From IMG/VR virus record IMGVR_UViG_3300042505_001173, positions 64,001 to 128,000 of that record: a stretch of DNA of 64,000 nt; one strand, written 5' to 3'. The notes below the pieces were generated by a model. That model worked only from the letters and a program-made list of their open reading frames with translations, made no database searches and was not told the origin of the DNA. Position 1 is the first letter of the stretch. Every line of letters starts with the position of its first letter. The position numbers and the translations under genes were made by a program. Of the stretch, positions 29,436-38,300 are shown in pieces. Source of the DNA: a virus.

Positions 29436-30080
29436 TTAACAATTCCATTTTTTTAATGCTAAAGCTTTACGTGTAGGTTTACCATGTTTGTCTTTCATTG
29501 GTCCTTTAACACCGCTCATTCTAGCACAAAAGCTTTTACGTCTTTTATAAGCTTTACTATCTTTCTTTAATTTACTTGGTTTGGTTGTTACAGCTGTCTG
29601 CAATTTACTACCAGGATGTTCTTTACGGTAGCTTGCTACACCTTTTGCGTTTAAACCACCGTTTTTATTTTTACCTTCTTTACGAGTCCATGCAGCAGCT
29701 TCAAAAAGCTCATCATCACTTACAGACTCAAAATCATCCCAAATAACATCGCTATCAACACCATGATGAATAGCTAAATTATCTACCATAGTTTCAATCA
29801 TATCAAACATTTCATGAACAGATGGGTTAATACCACGTTGTTCTTGACTTTGCAAATAATCCCAAACTGATACAAGAATATACTCAGCTTTAGCTATTTT
29901 TTCTTGAACCCATTCAGGTAAATTCTCATTTTTTTCAATTGTCTTCATTAGACCCGATGCAGCACGGGCAATCGTGAGTAGATGACCGTGAGCAGTGCCT
30001 GCTTCATCATTATACTCAGAATTCATATTTTCGTTAGCAACCGTGCTAACACGAGTGGTTAATATATCATTTACTTTCAT
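29436..30080 (-). CDS. Phage protein with basic C-terminal domain (DUF6321-like)
   Basis: AAWTRKEGKNKNGGLNAKG...RRKSFCARM...KWNC. Confidence 0.7.
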   Translation of the reverse strand: MKVNDILTTRVSTVANENMNSEYNDEAGTAHGHLLTIARAASGLMKTIEKNENLPEWVQEKIAKAEYILVSVWDYLQSQEQRGINPSVHEMFDMIETMVDNLAIHHGVDSDVIWDDFESVSDDELFEAAAWTRKEGKNKNGGLNAKGVASYRKEHPGSKLQTAVTTKPSKLKKDSKAYKRRKSFCARMSGVKGPMKDKHGKPTRKALALKKWNC

Positions 30081-30105
30081 AGTTGTATCTCCATTATATT
30101 AGGAA

Positions 30106-30113
30106 TATTTATA
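30106..30113 (-). promoter_or_regulatory. T4-type late promoter
   Basis: Exact TATAAATA. Confidence 0.7.
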
Positions 30114-30144
30114 AAAGTAATATCAGTACTGTTTTTAATGACAT

Positions 30145-30183
30145 AAAAAAAAGACTTAACTGAAAAAACAGTAAGTCTTTTTT
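30145..30183 (-). terminator. Terminator of the tRNA-like RNA
   Basis: AAGACTTA...TAAGTCTT with A/U tracts on both sides. Confidence 0.8.
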
Positions 30184-30188
30184 AATAC

Positions 30189-30302
30189 AAGATTCATTTT
30201 AATTTCAATTATTCTACCAACTGAACTACATAACCTTTCGGTTATGGTGGGAATCGAACCCACGACACATTGATTCCGATTATATATTGCTGTTAGAATC
30301 TT
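30189..30302 (-). ncRNA. YrlA-like RNA: ACAGCAA stem enclosing a circularly permuted tRNA-like domain
   Basis: AAGATTC-TA-ACAGCAA...T arm GTGGG-TTCGATT-CCCAC, closed acceptor CATAACC-GAAA-GGTTATG, D arm TAGTTCAGTTGGTAGAAT...GAATCTT. Confidence 0.85.
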
Positions 30303-30315
30303 AACTTCAAATACA

Positions 30316-30344
30316 ATTATAATATGTTATATAGTATTGATCAA
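30316..30344 (-). promoter_or_regulatory. Sigma70-type promoter of the YrlA-like RNA
   Basis: TTGATC-17 nt-TATAAT. Confidence 0.8.
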
Positions 30345-30428
30345 CTGTTTTTATATGGTTCACAATAGAGTTTATCTACTATTGTCATACATACTAATCC
30401 TTTATTTTTAAGTGTTTTTTAGGATTGG

Positions 30429-31628
30429 TTAATAATTAATTTCAATTAACGGAAATAGCAATCTAAATGCTGTACCGTGGTTTGATTCAGCTGTATTTGA
30501 GTCGACGATAATATGACCATTAGCGTCATGTACCATACCGCTAACGGTTGACAATCCTAAGCCTGTACCTTCACCAATAGGTTTTGTAGTAAAAAATGGA
30601 TCAAAAATATGATCAATTACAGTTTGATCAATACCTGTACCAGTATCTAGAACACGTAATTCAATATAATCATTTGAAATAATATGTTGAGCACACGATG
30701 TACAAATTTGATTATGAATATTGACTTGTTTTAATGAAACTACAATAGTACCACCATTTTTCATGGAATCACGAGCATTAATAATCAAATTAGTTAAAAT
30801 TTGATGTAAATCAATAGCATCTATTTGAATATCAAGATAGTTGTCGACATTTGTTTCAAGGTGAAACCTACTAGTTAATGCTGGACCTACCATTGATGCA
30901 ACATCGTATATTACTTCTTGTGTTGGTCGTATTTCTATATCTTTATCAGCTGAGTTTTGACGTGAATAAGCTAGCATTTTACTAATCAAGCTAGATGCGC
31001 GTTTACTAGCAACGTTAACTGCGTTTACATTGTATATAAAGTCAGCTTTGCGTTGTTCATCCGGACAATCTTCTGCTAATAATAAGTTGAGTTCGTTGTA
31101 ACCTAATATACAGTTTAAAATATTATTAAAATCGTGTGCTATACCTGCTGTTAACCGACTAAGGCTTTCGATTTTTTGCATCTGGTTAACTTGTTTGTTT
31201 AATAATAGTAAAGCGGCTTTATTTTTTTCACGCTCAGTAATATCTTTAAACACACCCATATAGCCAATTATATTACCGTCATCGTCATTAATTGTAGATG
31301 GTCTAACAGATACTTGATGTTTACCTAACGTCATTGTAAACTCTTGACAGCTTGATAATTTTTTGATTAGTTCTTTTTGATTGTTAGTATTTTTATGAAA
31401 CATAACAATATTAACGCCAATCATTTTATTAACGTTAAAAGATGGGAATTTTTTTTGAATCTCTGATTCTGCAGCAGTAAAAATTTTTACTGCGCTATCA
31501 TTATAATAAACAACGTTGCGATCTGCATCTGTAATAACAACAGCATCGTTTAATGAATTTAAACCTTTTGTTAGACGAAAATTACATAGACTGAGATTTT
31601 CATTGGGTGTAGCTGTTATTGTTGGCAT
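30429..31628 (-). CDS. PAS-domain sensor histidine kinase (PAS-HisKA-HATPase)
   Basis: H-box GIAHDFNN, N-box NLIINARD, DTGTG, FDPFFTTK, GTGLGL; Aer2-like PAS with FHKN. Confidence 0.93.
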   Translation of the reverse strand: MPTITATPNENLSLCNFRLTKGLNSLNDAVVITDADRNVVYYNDSAVKIFTAAESEIQKKFPSFNVNKMIGVNIVMFHKNTNNQKELIKKLSSCQEFTMTLGKHQVSVRPSTINDDDGNIIGYMGVFKDITEREKNKAALLLLNKQVNQMQKIESLSRLTAGIAHDFNNILNCILGYNELNLLLAEDCPDEQRKADFIYNVNAVNVASKRASSLISKMLAYSRQNSADKDIEIRPTQEVIYDVASMVGPALTSRFHLETNVDNYLDIQIDAIDLHQILTNLIINARDSMKNGGTIVVSLKQVNIHNQICTSCAQHIISNDYIELRVLDTGTGIDQTVIDHIFDPFFTTKPIGEGTGLGLSTVSGMVHDANGHIIVDSNTAESNHGTAFRLLFPLIEINY

Positions 31629-31721
31629 TCGGTGATCCTTTTAGTTGAAAATGTGTTTACCGATAAACCGCCCCATGTATACCATACAAAACATCCTGAT
31701 ATAATGTATTTATTAATTATT

Positions 31722-31753
31722 TTATAGAGGGTTAGCAATGTAACCCTCTATAA
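31722..31753 (-). terminator. Hairpin after HU
   Basis: TTATAGAGGGTTA...TAACCCTCTATAA. Confidence 0.7.
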
Positions 31754-31761
31754 TTAGCTAG

Positions 31762-32043
31762 TTAATCAATATCGTTAACAGCTACTTTTAAAGATTTACC
31801 AACTTTAAAAACAGGTATTTTAGCTGCTTTAATTTCAACAGGCTCACCTGATTTTGGATTACGTCCAACACGTGCAGCTCGTTCTCTAATATCCCAAGTA
31901 CCAAACCCAGTTAAAATAACAGGTTCACCTTGACTCAAGACATGAGTAACAGATGAAATAAAACCATCTAATGCACGAGATGATTCACCTTTTGTTAAAC
32001 CTGATGCTTCTGCAATTGCGCCAATTAATTCCGATTTATTCAT
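31762..32043 (-). CDS. hup: HU-family DNA-binding protein
   Basis: MNKSELI...GFGTW...RVGRNPKSGE. Confidence 0.95.
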   Translation of the reverse strand: MNKSELIGAIAEASGLTKGESSRALDGFISSVTHVLSQGEPVILTGFGTWDIRERAARVGRNPKSGEPVEIKAAKIPVFKVGKSLKVAVNDID

Positions 32044-32077
32044 TTTTAAGCCAGTACGGGTATATAGGTTGATTGAT

Positions 32078-32368
32078 TTATTCAACAGCCAATGCAAATT
32101 TTGGGATGCCGCCACCTTCATTCATTTCAATGAAAGTAGCGTTTTTAAGAGTTCCATCAACTTCATCATCAAAACATTTACAAACTTCAAAACCATTTAA
32201 CGTAGTTTTGATAAAAAATAATATTTTCTTACCAATTTTTGAGTTATAATAATCTGAAATTTCTGCTTCATTTTGCCCATTTTCGACGCGGTGAGATATC
32301 ATTTTTGATATTTCATCAGAATCTAACGGAGTAGCTAATTCTAATTGTGTTTTAAAATACTCTAACAT
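32078..32368 (-). CDS. Hypothetical protein
   Basis: ORF in operon. Confidence 0.6.
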   Translation of the reverse strand: MLEYFKTQLELATPLDSDEISKMISHRVENGQNEAEISDYYNSKIGKKILFFIKTTLNGFEVCKCFDDEVDGTLKNATFIEMNEGGGIPKFALAVE

Positions 32369-32371
32369 AAA

Positions 32372-32644
32372 TTAACCTGTACGTTTAATGATATGCCAAC
32401 CAAAGTTGGTTTTAATAGGTTGACTAATTTTTTCAATATCTAATGCAAATGCTGCTTCTTCAAATGGTCTAACCATTTGATTACGACCAAACGGTCCTAA
32501 ATACCCACCTTCCTTACCGCTAGGACACGTACTGTGAACTTTTGCAAGTTCAGTAAAATCAGCACCGCCGTTAATCTGGTTTAAAAGGTTAATAGCTTGC
32601 TGTTCATCAGCTACTAAAATATGACTTGCTTTAATTACTGTCAT
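32372..32644 (-). CDS. ppiC: Parvulin-type peptidyl-prolyl isomerase
   Basis: ASHILV, HSTCPSGKEGGYLG, MVRPFE, FGWHII; start moved to 32644 because the upstream extension is a tRNA. Confidence 0.93.
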   Translation of the reverse strand: MTVIKASHILVADEQQAINLLNQINGGADFTELAKVHSTCPSGKEGGYLGPFGRNQMVRPFEEAAFALDIEKISQPIKTNFGWHIIKRTG

Positions 32645-32662
32645 TGTATTTCTCTTATTGAT

Positions 32663-32736
32663 TGGAAGGCCTGAGAGGAATTGAACCCCTACTAAATCCG
32701 TCAAAGGGACTTGTGCAACCACTACACCACAGGCCA
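32663..32736 (-). tRNA. tRNA-Gln(UUG)
   Basis: Cloverleaf; AGTCC-CTTTGAC-GGATT anticodon arm; encoded CCA; U1:U72 mismatch. Confidence 0.85.
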
Positions 32737-32750
32737 ATAATATTGATTAA

Positions 32751-32930
32751 TTATAATGCATCTTCTTCATTATAATCAACAGGTAATTCACGTTTTTTGT
32801 GTTTATGCATTCTTGATTCCGAACAATAAGCACATGCCCCATGGTTGCGACATGTACGATCAAATGCTTTTGCATTATAAAAAGACTTACGATGATCTTT
32901 TCTGTTTGGATAATTTTTATCGAATGACAT
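32751..32930 (-). CDS. Small basic protein with C/H motif
   Basis: MSFDK...DRTCRNHGACAYC. Confidence 0.65.
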   Translation of the reverse strand: MSFDKNYPNRKDHRKSFYNAKAFDRTCRNHGACAYCSESRMHKHKKRELPVDYNEEDAL

Positions 32931-32952
32931 AATAATTACCATATAACGTGTA

Positions 32953-33029
32953 TGGTCTCTCATATTCGGTTCGAACGAATGGCCTCACCGTCCCAAGCGG
33001 TGCGCTCTACCAGACTGAGCTAATGAGAG
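32953..33029 (-). tRNA. tRNA-Pro(UGG)
   Basis: CTCTCAT/ATGAGAG acceptor, CACCG-CTTGGGA-CGGTG, TTCGAAC loop, ACCA end. Confidence 0.93.
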
Positions 33030-33035
33030 AATAAC

Positions 33036-33111
33036 TGATCAGAGTGGAGAGAATCAAACTCCCTTAACTAGTGGATTTAAGACTAGCGATCAACCAATGA
33101 AACACACTCTA
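33036..33111 (-). tRNA. Atypical or pseudo tRNA with 9-nt anticodon loop
   Basis: TAGAGTG/CACTCTG acceptor, CTAGT-CTTAAATCC-ACTAG, GGGAG-TTTGATT-CTCTC; weak D arm; ends TCA. Confidence 0.55.
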
Positions 33112-33188
33112 TAAAAACTTATTTATTACGTATAACAATGAGTTAGGAAAACCAGTGTAAATTGACGAGGTATCTAGCTCATGTCAGT

Positions 33189-33217
33189 AGTATAAATGTA
33201 TTAACGTAAAGCATCAA
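33189..33217 (-). promoter_or_regulatory. Sigma70-type promoter for the tRNA/ppiC/HU operon
   Basis: TTGATG-17 nt-TATACT. Confidence 0.7.
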
Positions 33218-33247
33218 CTTATTTTTTACTATGACAACGTTTGGTAG

Positions 33248-33276
33248 TTGAATTTGCACATTAAATCTTATATAAT
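33248..33276 (+). promoter_or_regulatory. Sigma70-type promoter for the helicase
   Basis: TTGAAT-17 nt-TATAAT. Confidence 0.7.
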
Positions 33277-33307
33277 ATTGATTTTAATATAAAAAAAGAA
33301 TAATACA

Positions 33308-34891
33308 ATGACTATATTAGACCATTTCGCACTCGATAAACCAAGAAAGACACAAATTGAAACACTAAACTGGGTAGCAAAGAATATAAGTAAAAAATAT
33401 ATTTTTTGTGAGTTACCAGTAGGTGCAGGTAAAAGTCCAATTGCTGTAACAGTTGCTGATTATCTGCAAGATGGTACTAAAAAATCATCGTTTATATTGA
33501 CACCTCAAAAAATCCTACAGAACCAATATGAAAAAACGTTCATCAAAAAAGATGATGATCGATATTTCAAATCATTATACGGTAAGAGTAATTACCGGTG
33601 TTCTGGTAAAGGTACGACATGTGATGTTGGCGCAATTATCAAACCAAAATGTGGGAACTGTCCACATTCAAATGCTGTTATGACTGCATCAAAATCAGAG
33701 CATGTTGTAATGAGTTACGCATTAGCTATTCGTTCTTTTAAGTATACAAAAGTATTTAAAAAACGTGAAGTACTGATAATGGACGAATGCCATCAATTAG
33801 AAGACATATTAACTGAGTATAACAATCTTACTATACTGAAATCAGCATGTGATAAACATCATATCAAATGGAATGTTAGCTCATCAATATTAAACACGTA
33901 TAATTGGTTAGAGAACATCTACATACCTGCTATGAAAGATGTATGTACTACGTTAGAAGATGAATGTGGACCATTATTAGAAGATGGTTACAATATTACT
34001 GGTCCTGATATTGCACGGTTAAAGACGTTGGTATCAATGCAGGAACATATTGAGTTGTTATCTGAGTTTGTTAGTCAAACAGTTGAAGAAATAACTGAAA
34101 AATATATTTTAAATGTAGACGATAAAAATATTAAGTTCAAATACTTATACGGAGCTGAAAACTTTCATAATATATTAGAACCGATGGCGAGTAAATTTTT
34201 ATTTCTATCTGCAACTATATTTGATCATGAAGAGTTCTGTAAGAATTTAAACATTCCATTAAGTCAAACATGTTTTATATCAATGGACTCAGAATTTGAC
34301 GTTGATAACAGACCAGTATTATATCATCCAATAATGAAAATGAATTACGGATGGAATGATCAAAAGAATTACGAACAGCGTAAAGCAATGGTAGAAGCTA
34401 TTCTTAATATCTTAAATGAGCATCCAACAGAGAAAGGTATAGTACATACCGGTAATTTTGCTATTGCGCAATGGTTAACATCTGAGTTGCGCAATTCGAA
34501 ACATGTAATCTTGCATCATAATCCTGGATCTAATCTAAAGCGAGATACAGTAATTGATCAATTTACAGGTATGAAAAAACCTGCATTATTAATATCACCA
34601 TCTATAACAGAAGGGTTAGATTTAGTTGACGATAAGGGTAGGTTTGCAATATTCGTAAAAATTCCATTTGGTACATTAGGAGATCCATGGGTTAAAGCAA
34701 GAATGTCATTATCGCAGAAATGGTATTTGCTAAAAGCGATGACAGATGTCATACAAGGTGGTGGTAGAGTTGTACGTACACCAGAGGATTATGGAACAGT
34801 GTATATTTTAGATGAGAGTTTTCAATCATTGTATGACAGAACAAAGCAATATATTCCACAATGGTGGAAATCAGCATTACATAAACTTTAA
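33308..34891 (+). CDS. DinG/XPD-family SF2 helicase
   Basis: PVGAGKS, Cys cluster, DECH, LSAT, EGLD, QGGGRVVR. Confidence 0.9.
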   Translation: MTILDHFALDKPRKTQIETLNWVAKNISKKYIFCELPVGAGKSPIAVTVADYLQDGTKKSSFILTPQKILQNQYEKTFIKKDDDRYFKSLYGKSNYRCSGKGTTCDVGAIIKPKCGNCPHSNAVMTASKSEHVVMSYALAIRSFKYTKVFKKREVLIMDECHQLEDILTEYNNLTILKSACDKHHIKWNVSSSILNTYNWLENIYIPAMKDVCTTLEDECGPLLEDGYNITGPDIARLKTLVSMQEHIELLSEFVSQTVEEITEKYILNVDDKNIKFKYLYGAENFHNILEPMASKFLFLSATIFDHEEFCKNLNIPLSQTCFISMDSEFDVDNRPVLYHPIMKMNYGWNDQKNYEQRKAMVEAILNILNEHPTEKGIVHTGNFAIAQWLTSELRNSKHVILHHNPGSNLKRDTVIDQFTGMKKPALLISPSITEGLDLVDDKGRFAIFVKIPFGTLGDPWVKARMSLSQKWYLLKAMTDVIQGGGRVVRTPEDYGTVYILDESFQSLYDRTKQYIPQWWKSALHKL

Positions 34892-34972
34892 CATAAAAAA
34901 TAGTTGAATAAATAATCAAGCTTAATTACTATACTAATTAGTTCATTTTATTAACACACATACGGAGTTACA

Positions 34973-35239
34973 ATGGCAACAACCACACTTACAATTAAAG
35001 ATCAAGAAATCGCAGTAGCTGATTTACCAACGAACATTCAACAAGCAGTCGCTTTTTATGATGAAGCTGAAGTACGTTTACGTAAAGCTGAAGCTGATTT
35101 AGTATTAGCGTCATCTGCTAGTAAATGGTTAGTTTCAGATATTACACGTTTAGTTGATACTTGGATGAACGAAGAAAAAGCTGAAGAAGTAGCTGAAGGT
35201 GCAGAAGCTGAAACAGTAGAAGAAGCTGCTGCTGAGTAA
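34973..35239 (+). CDS. Hypothetical acidic-tailed protein
   Basis: GGAG RBS; own promoter-like site and terminator. Confidence 0.75.
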   Translation: MATTTLTIKDQEIAVADLPTNIQQAVAFYDEAEVRLRKAEADLVLASSASKWLVSDITRLVDTWMNEEKAEEVAEGAEAETVEEAAAE

Positions 35240-35254
35240 TAGCTTTATAATAGC

Positions 35255-35287
35255 AAAAACCTCAAGATACTATCTTGAGGTTTTTTT
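35255..35287 (+). terminator. Rho-independent terminator
   Basis: AAAAACCTCAAGATA-C-TATCTTGAGGTTTTTTT. Confidence 0.85.
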
Positions 35288-35341
35288 ATGTTTTTTAGAA
35301 ACTAAATATATGTTTGAATAATACACCTATGATGAGTCTGT

Positions 35342-38300
35342 ATGTCTCTTACTGATAAAATACTTAAATTCTCTGACACAATTAAACCTATTATAATTGT
35401 TAAAGACGATGAAATCGACGATACATCGACATCGTTAACATTATGCCCGTATAATAGTTTAAACAGTACTAATATTATCAACACTAGTGCGTTAAGGTTA
35501 ATGGAACATTTTTGTAGTCCTACAGTACCTCCTCATTCTACAGCTGGTCAACTATGGGTAGATACTAGTGGTGCTCCAAATGAACCAGATAGACTAAAAG
35601 TTTACATACCTCAAAACCCAGGTGCACTAGTTTATATGGATGTCGCAGGTACTGTAATATCAAGAACGGGTACATTAAGACATACTGGCCAGATTAAAGC
35701 TTTTAATGATTACAACAATATACTAAAGTATATAAGTGGTGCACCAAGTGCACCACCTTCAAGTACACCTGGTACTGGAACGGTAACAGTGACTGGAACA
35801 CCAACAGTTGGTCAAGTACTAACAGCATCAGTGACTAATTTAGTTGACCCTGATGGTATATCTAGTGCTACATATACATACTACTGGTATTCGGGTATCG
35901 TACCTACTTGGTCATTAGTATCTGTAGGTGCAATACCTTCGGTTCCCACTTACACATTAGCACAATCAGATGTTGGTAATAATATAGTTGTTATTGTAAG
36001 TTATACAGATGACGCAGGTAATTATAATGTTTTAGGTAGTTCGTTTATAGGGCCTGTTACAGCTGCATCAGCTACACCTCCAACGACGCTAACCCAACCA
36101 TTAGAAATTAGAATAAAAGGTCTAAGCGTTGCACCAACAACACTATCGGTTGATATTAGTAGTTTAACAGCTGCGGGGTTAACGGTAGGTGGGTATCAAT
36201 GGTCAAGAAACACAATGTACGGGATGAACACCTTAATTGGTGAAAACAATCCGACTTTTGCGACAATTTACTCTGGTAACACCAGTGTTACTATACAGGC
36301 AAGTGATAATAACATATACAGTGCTAATGTTATTGTTGGTAGTTTTCTTGACCCAAAATATCATTTACCGGAAGGTCCAATATACTTAACAGGAACGTCA
36401 GAAGCGGGGACAATAATAACAGTTGATACGTCACAGCTTGTAATACAAGAACCGCTTGTATCTGCTCCTAATGATTATGGTCCCCCTAGATTTTATTATC
36501 AATGGGAAATGGCTGTATCTCCTACCCCTTGGCAAAATGTTGGGACAGACAGTCCAACATTCACAATACCACTCAACGCTGTTGGATCTAAGGTTAGATG
36601 TAACGTAACATTTTATATACAAAGTACTGCTGTACCATCTGTACCATCACAAAAAGTCGTTTTAGGGCGAACCACAGGTTTTGTAACAATAACACCTGCT
36701 GTAAGTTTGGGAGCTACACCTTCAGCTGTATCAGGATTAGGTTTAATAACAGGTACACCAGCTGTTGGATCTGTGTTAACGGTATCGACAAGTGGTATAT
36801 CCAGTACTAACGGGATGACCAATGTTACATTTGCGTATGAATGGCATGCAGGTTTTCCGGGATTTCCAAAGACCGTTATTGGTACAAACACAAACACATA
36901 TACAGTAGCATCAACTAATGTTGGAAAATATATAAGCGTCACTATTAGCTTTACAGATAATGCAAACAACAATATAGTAGTAGGAAGTAACGTTGTTGGT
37001 TTAATCCCTGTAGTTCCAGCAGTACCGTTAGCGCCAGTAGGTTCAAACGCTACAGCGCTACTAGCATATTCTAAATTTGAAACAACAAAAAGATATTGTG
37101 ATGAAAATTACTTATCGGGAATGACAGAAGATGATACGTTTTATGTTCGAAATGATAGACGTATTGTATATACTTCAGATGTAGCATATACCGCTCCATT
37201 AGCGTCACCTGATAGTGATGAAGCTGCATTTTTACCACGTAAATATATTGATGATAATTATTTAAACGGGTTTAATAACCCAGATAATACGTTTACCATA
37301 ACGGATAATAAACCACTATATTACACAGTAGATCGAGTACCGACCGACTTATACGAACTAGTTACAAAAAAATATGTATATGATGTTAACGCTACACTAG
37401 TTCAAGCTTATTCTAGTCAATTTCAAGCGTTATTAGATAGGTTAAATCTTGCGTTCGCTAAGGTATCTGCTGCTAGAGATAGTGCTGAAGCAGCTTACCA
37501 AGCATTTCTCGCACTACCATCACCTACAGCAGACACTCCTATAGATGGTGGTACAATATTGCGTGAAGACATATCTTTACCGACCGTTGATTCATATTCA
37601 GGTGTAAATACAAGCCCTCCACTATCAGGTACTATTACTACATTACCAGCTTTAACAGCAGGTGCTACATATGAGGTAAAAGTCGATGGTATTCTCGCAA
37701 CCGGTGTTGTCATATCAGGTTTTAGATGGTCATTAGATTCAACAAGTTACGCTTGGACTGCTCCATCTACTCATACTATTTTAGTTAAACGTACTGAAAC
37801 CTCTGGTACAAGTTACGAAAGTGTCGGTGCAAGTCAGATAAACATTACAGCATTGCCTGTGCCTCAAGTTCCAACGATATCACCAGCAGCTGGAACCACA
37901 ACATTGCCAATAGAAGTACCAGATATTGAAGATATACAAATATCAGGCACAGTAGGTACGACCGTGTTAGGTACTGGCGAACAATTTAATGTTACCGTTA
38001 AGAAAGTAGGTGCAGCTGTGGGTTTAATTATACCATCTACTAGTTTAGTTGTAACCGGTACAACATGGACGTTAGCGTTACCGTTGCTAGCGCTAGGGAC
38101 CACATACGATGTCACAGCTACTAGAACTGATGCAGCAGGTGTTGCAACTAGCGACCCAACTTCAGGTGAGTTAGTGGTAACAACACCAGCTAATGTTGTG
38201 CCACCAACACTTACACCAATGGTAACAAGTAGAAAATGGCCAGTGATTAAAGGAACAGTAGGTACAATACCAATTACAGCTGGTCAAGATTTCAAAGTAA

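Noticed and set aside
30200-30275. Conventional tRNA gene
   Set aside because: Arms are in permuted order, the acceptor stem is closed by GAAA, and there is no anticodon loop or CCA.
32645-32737. N-terminal extension of ppiC in the ORF track
   Set aside because: This stretch is the tRNA-Gln gene.
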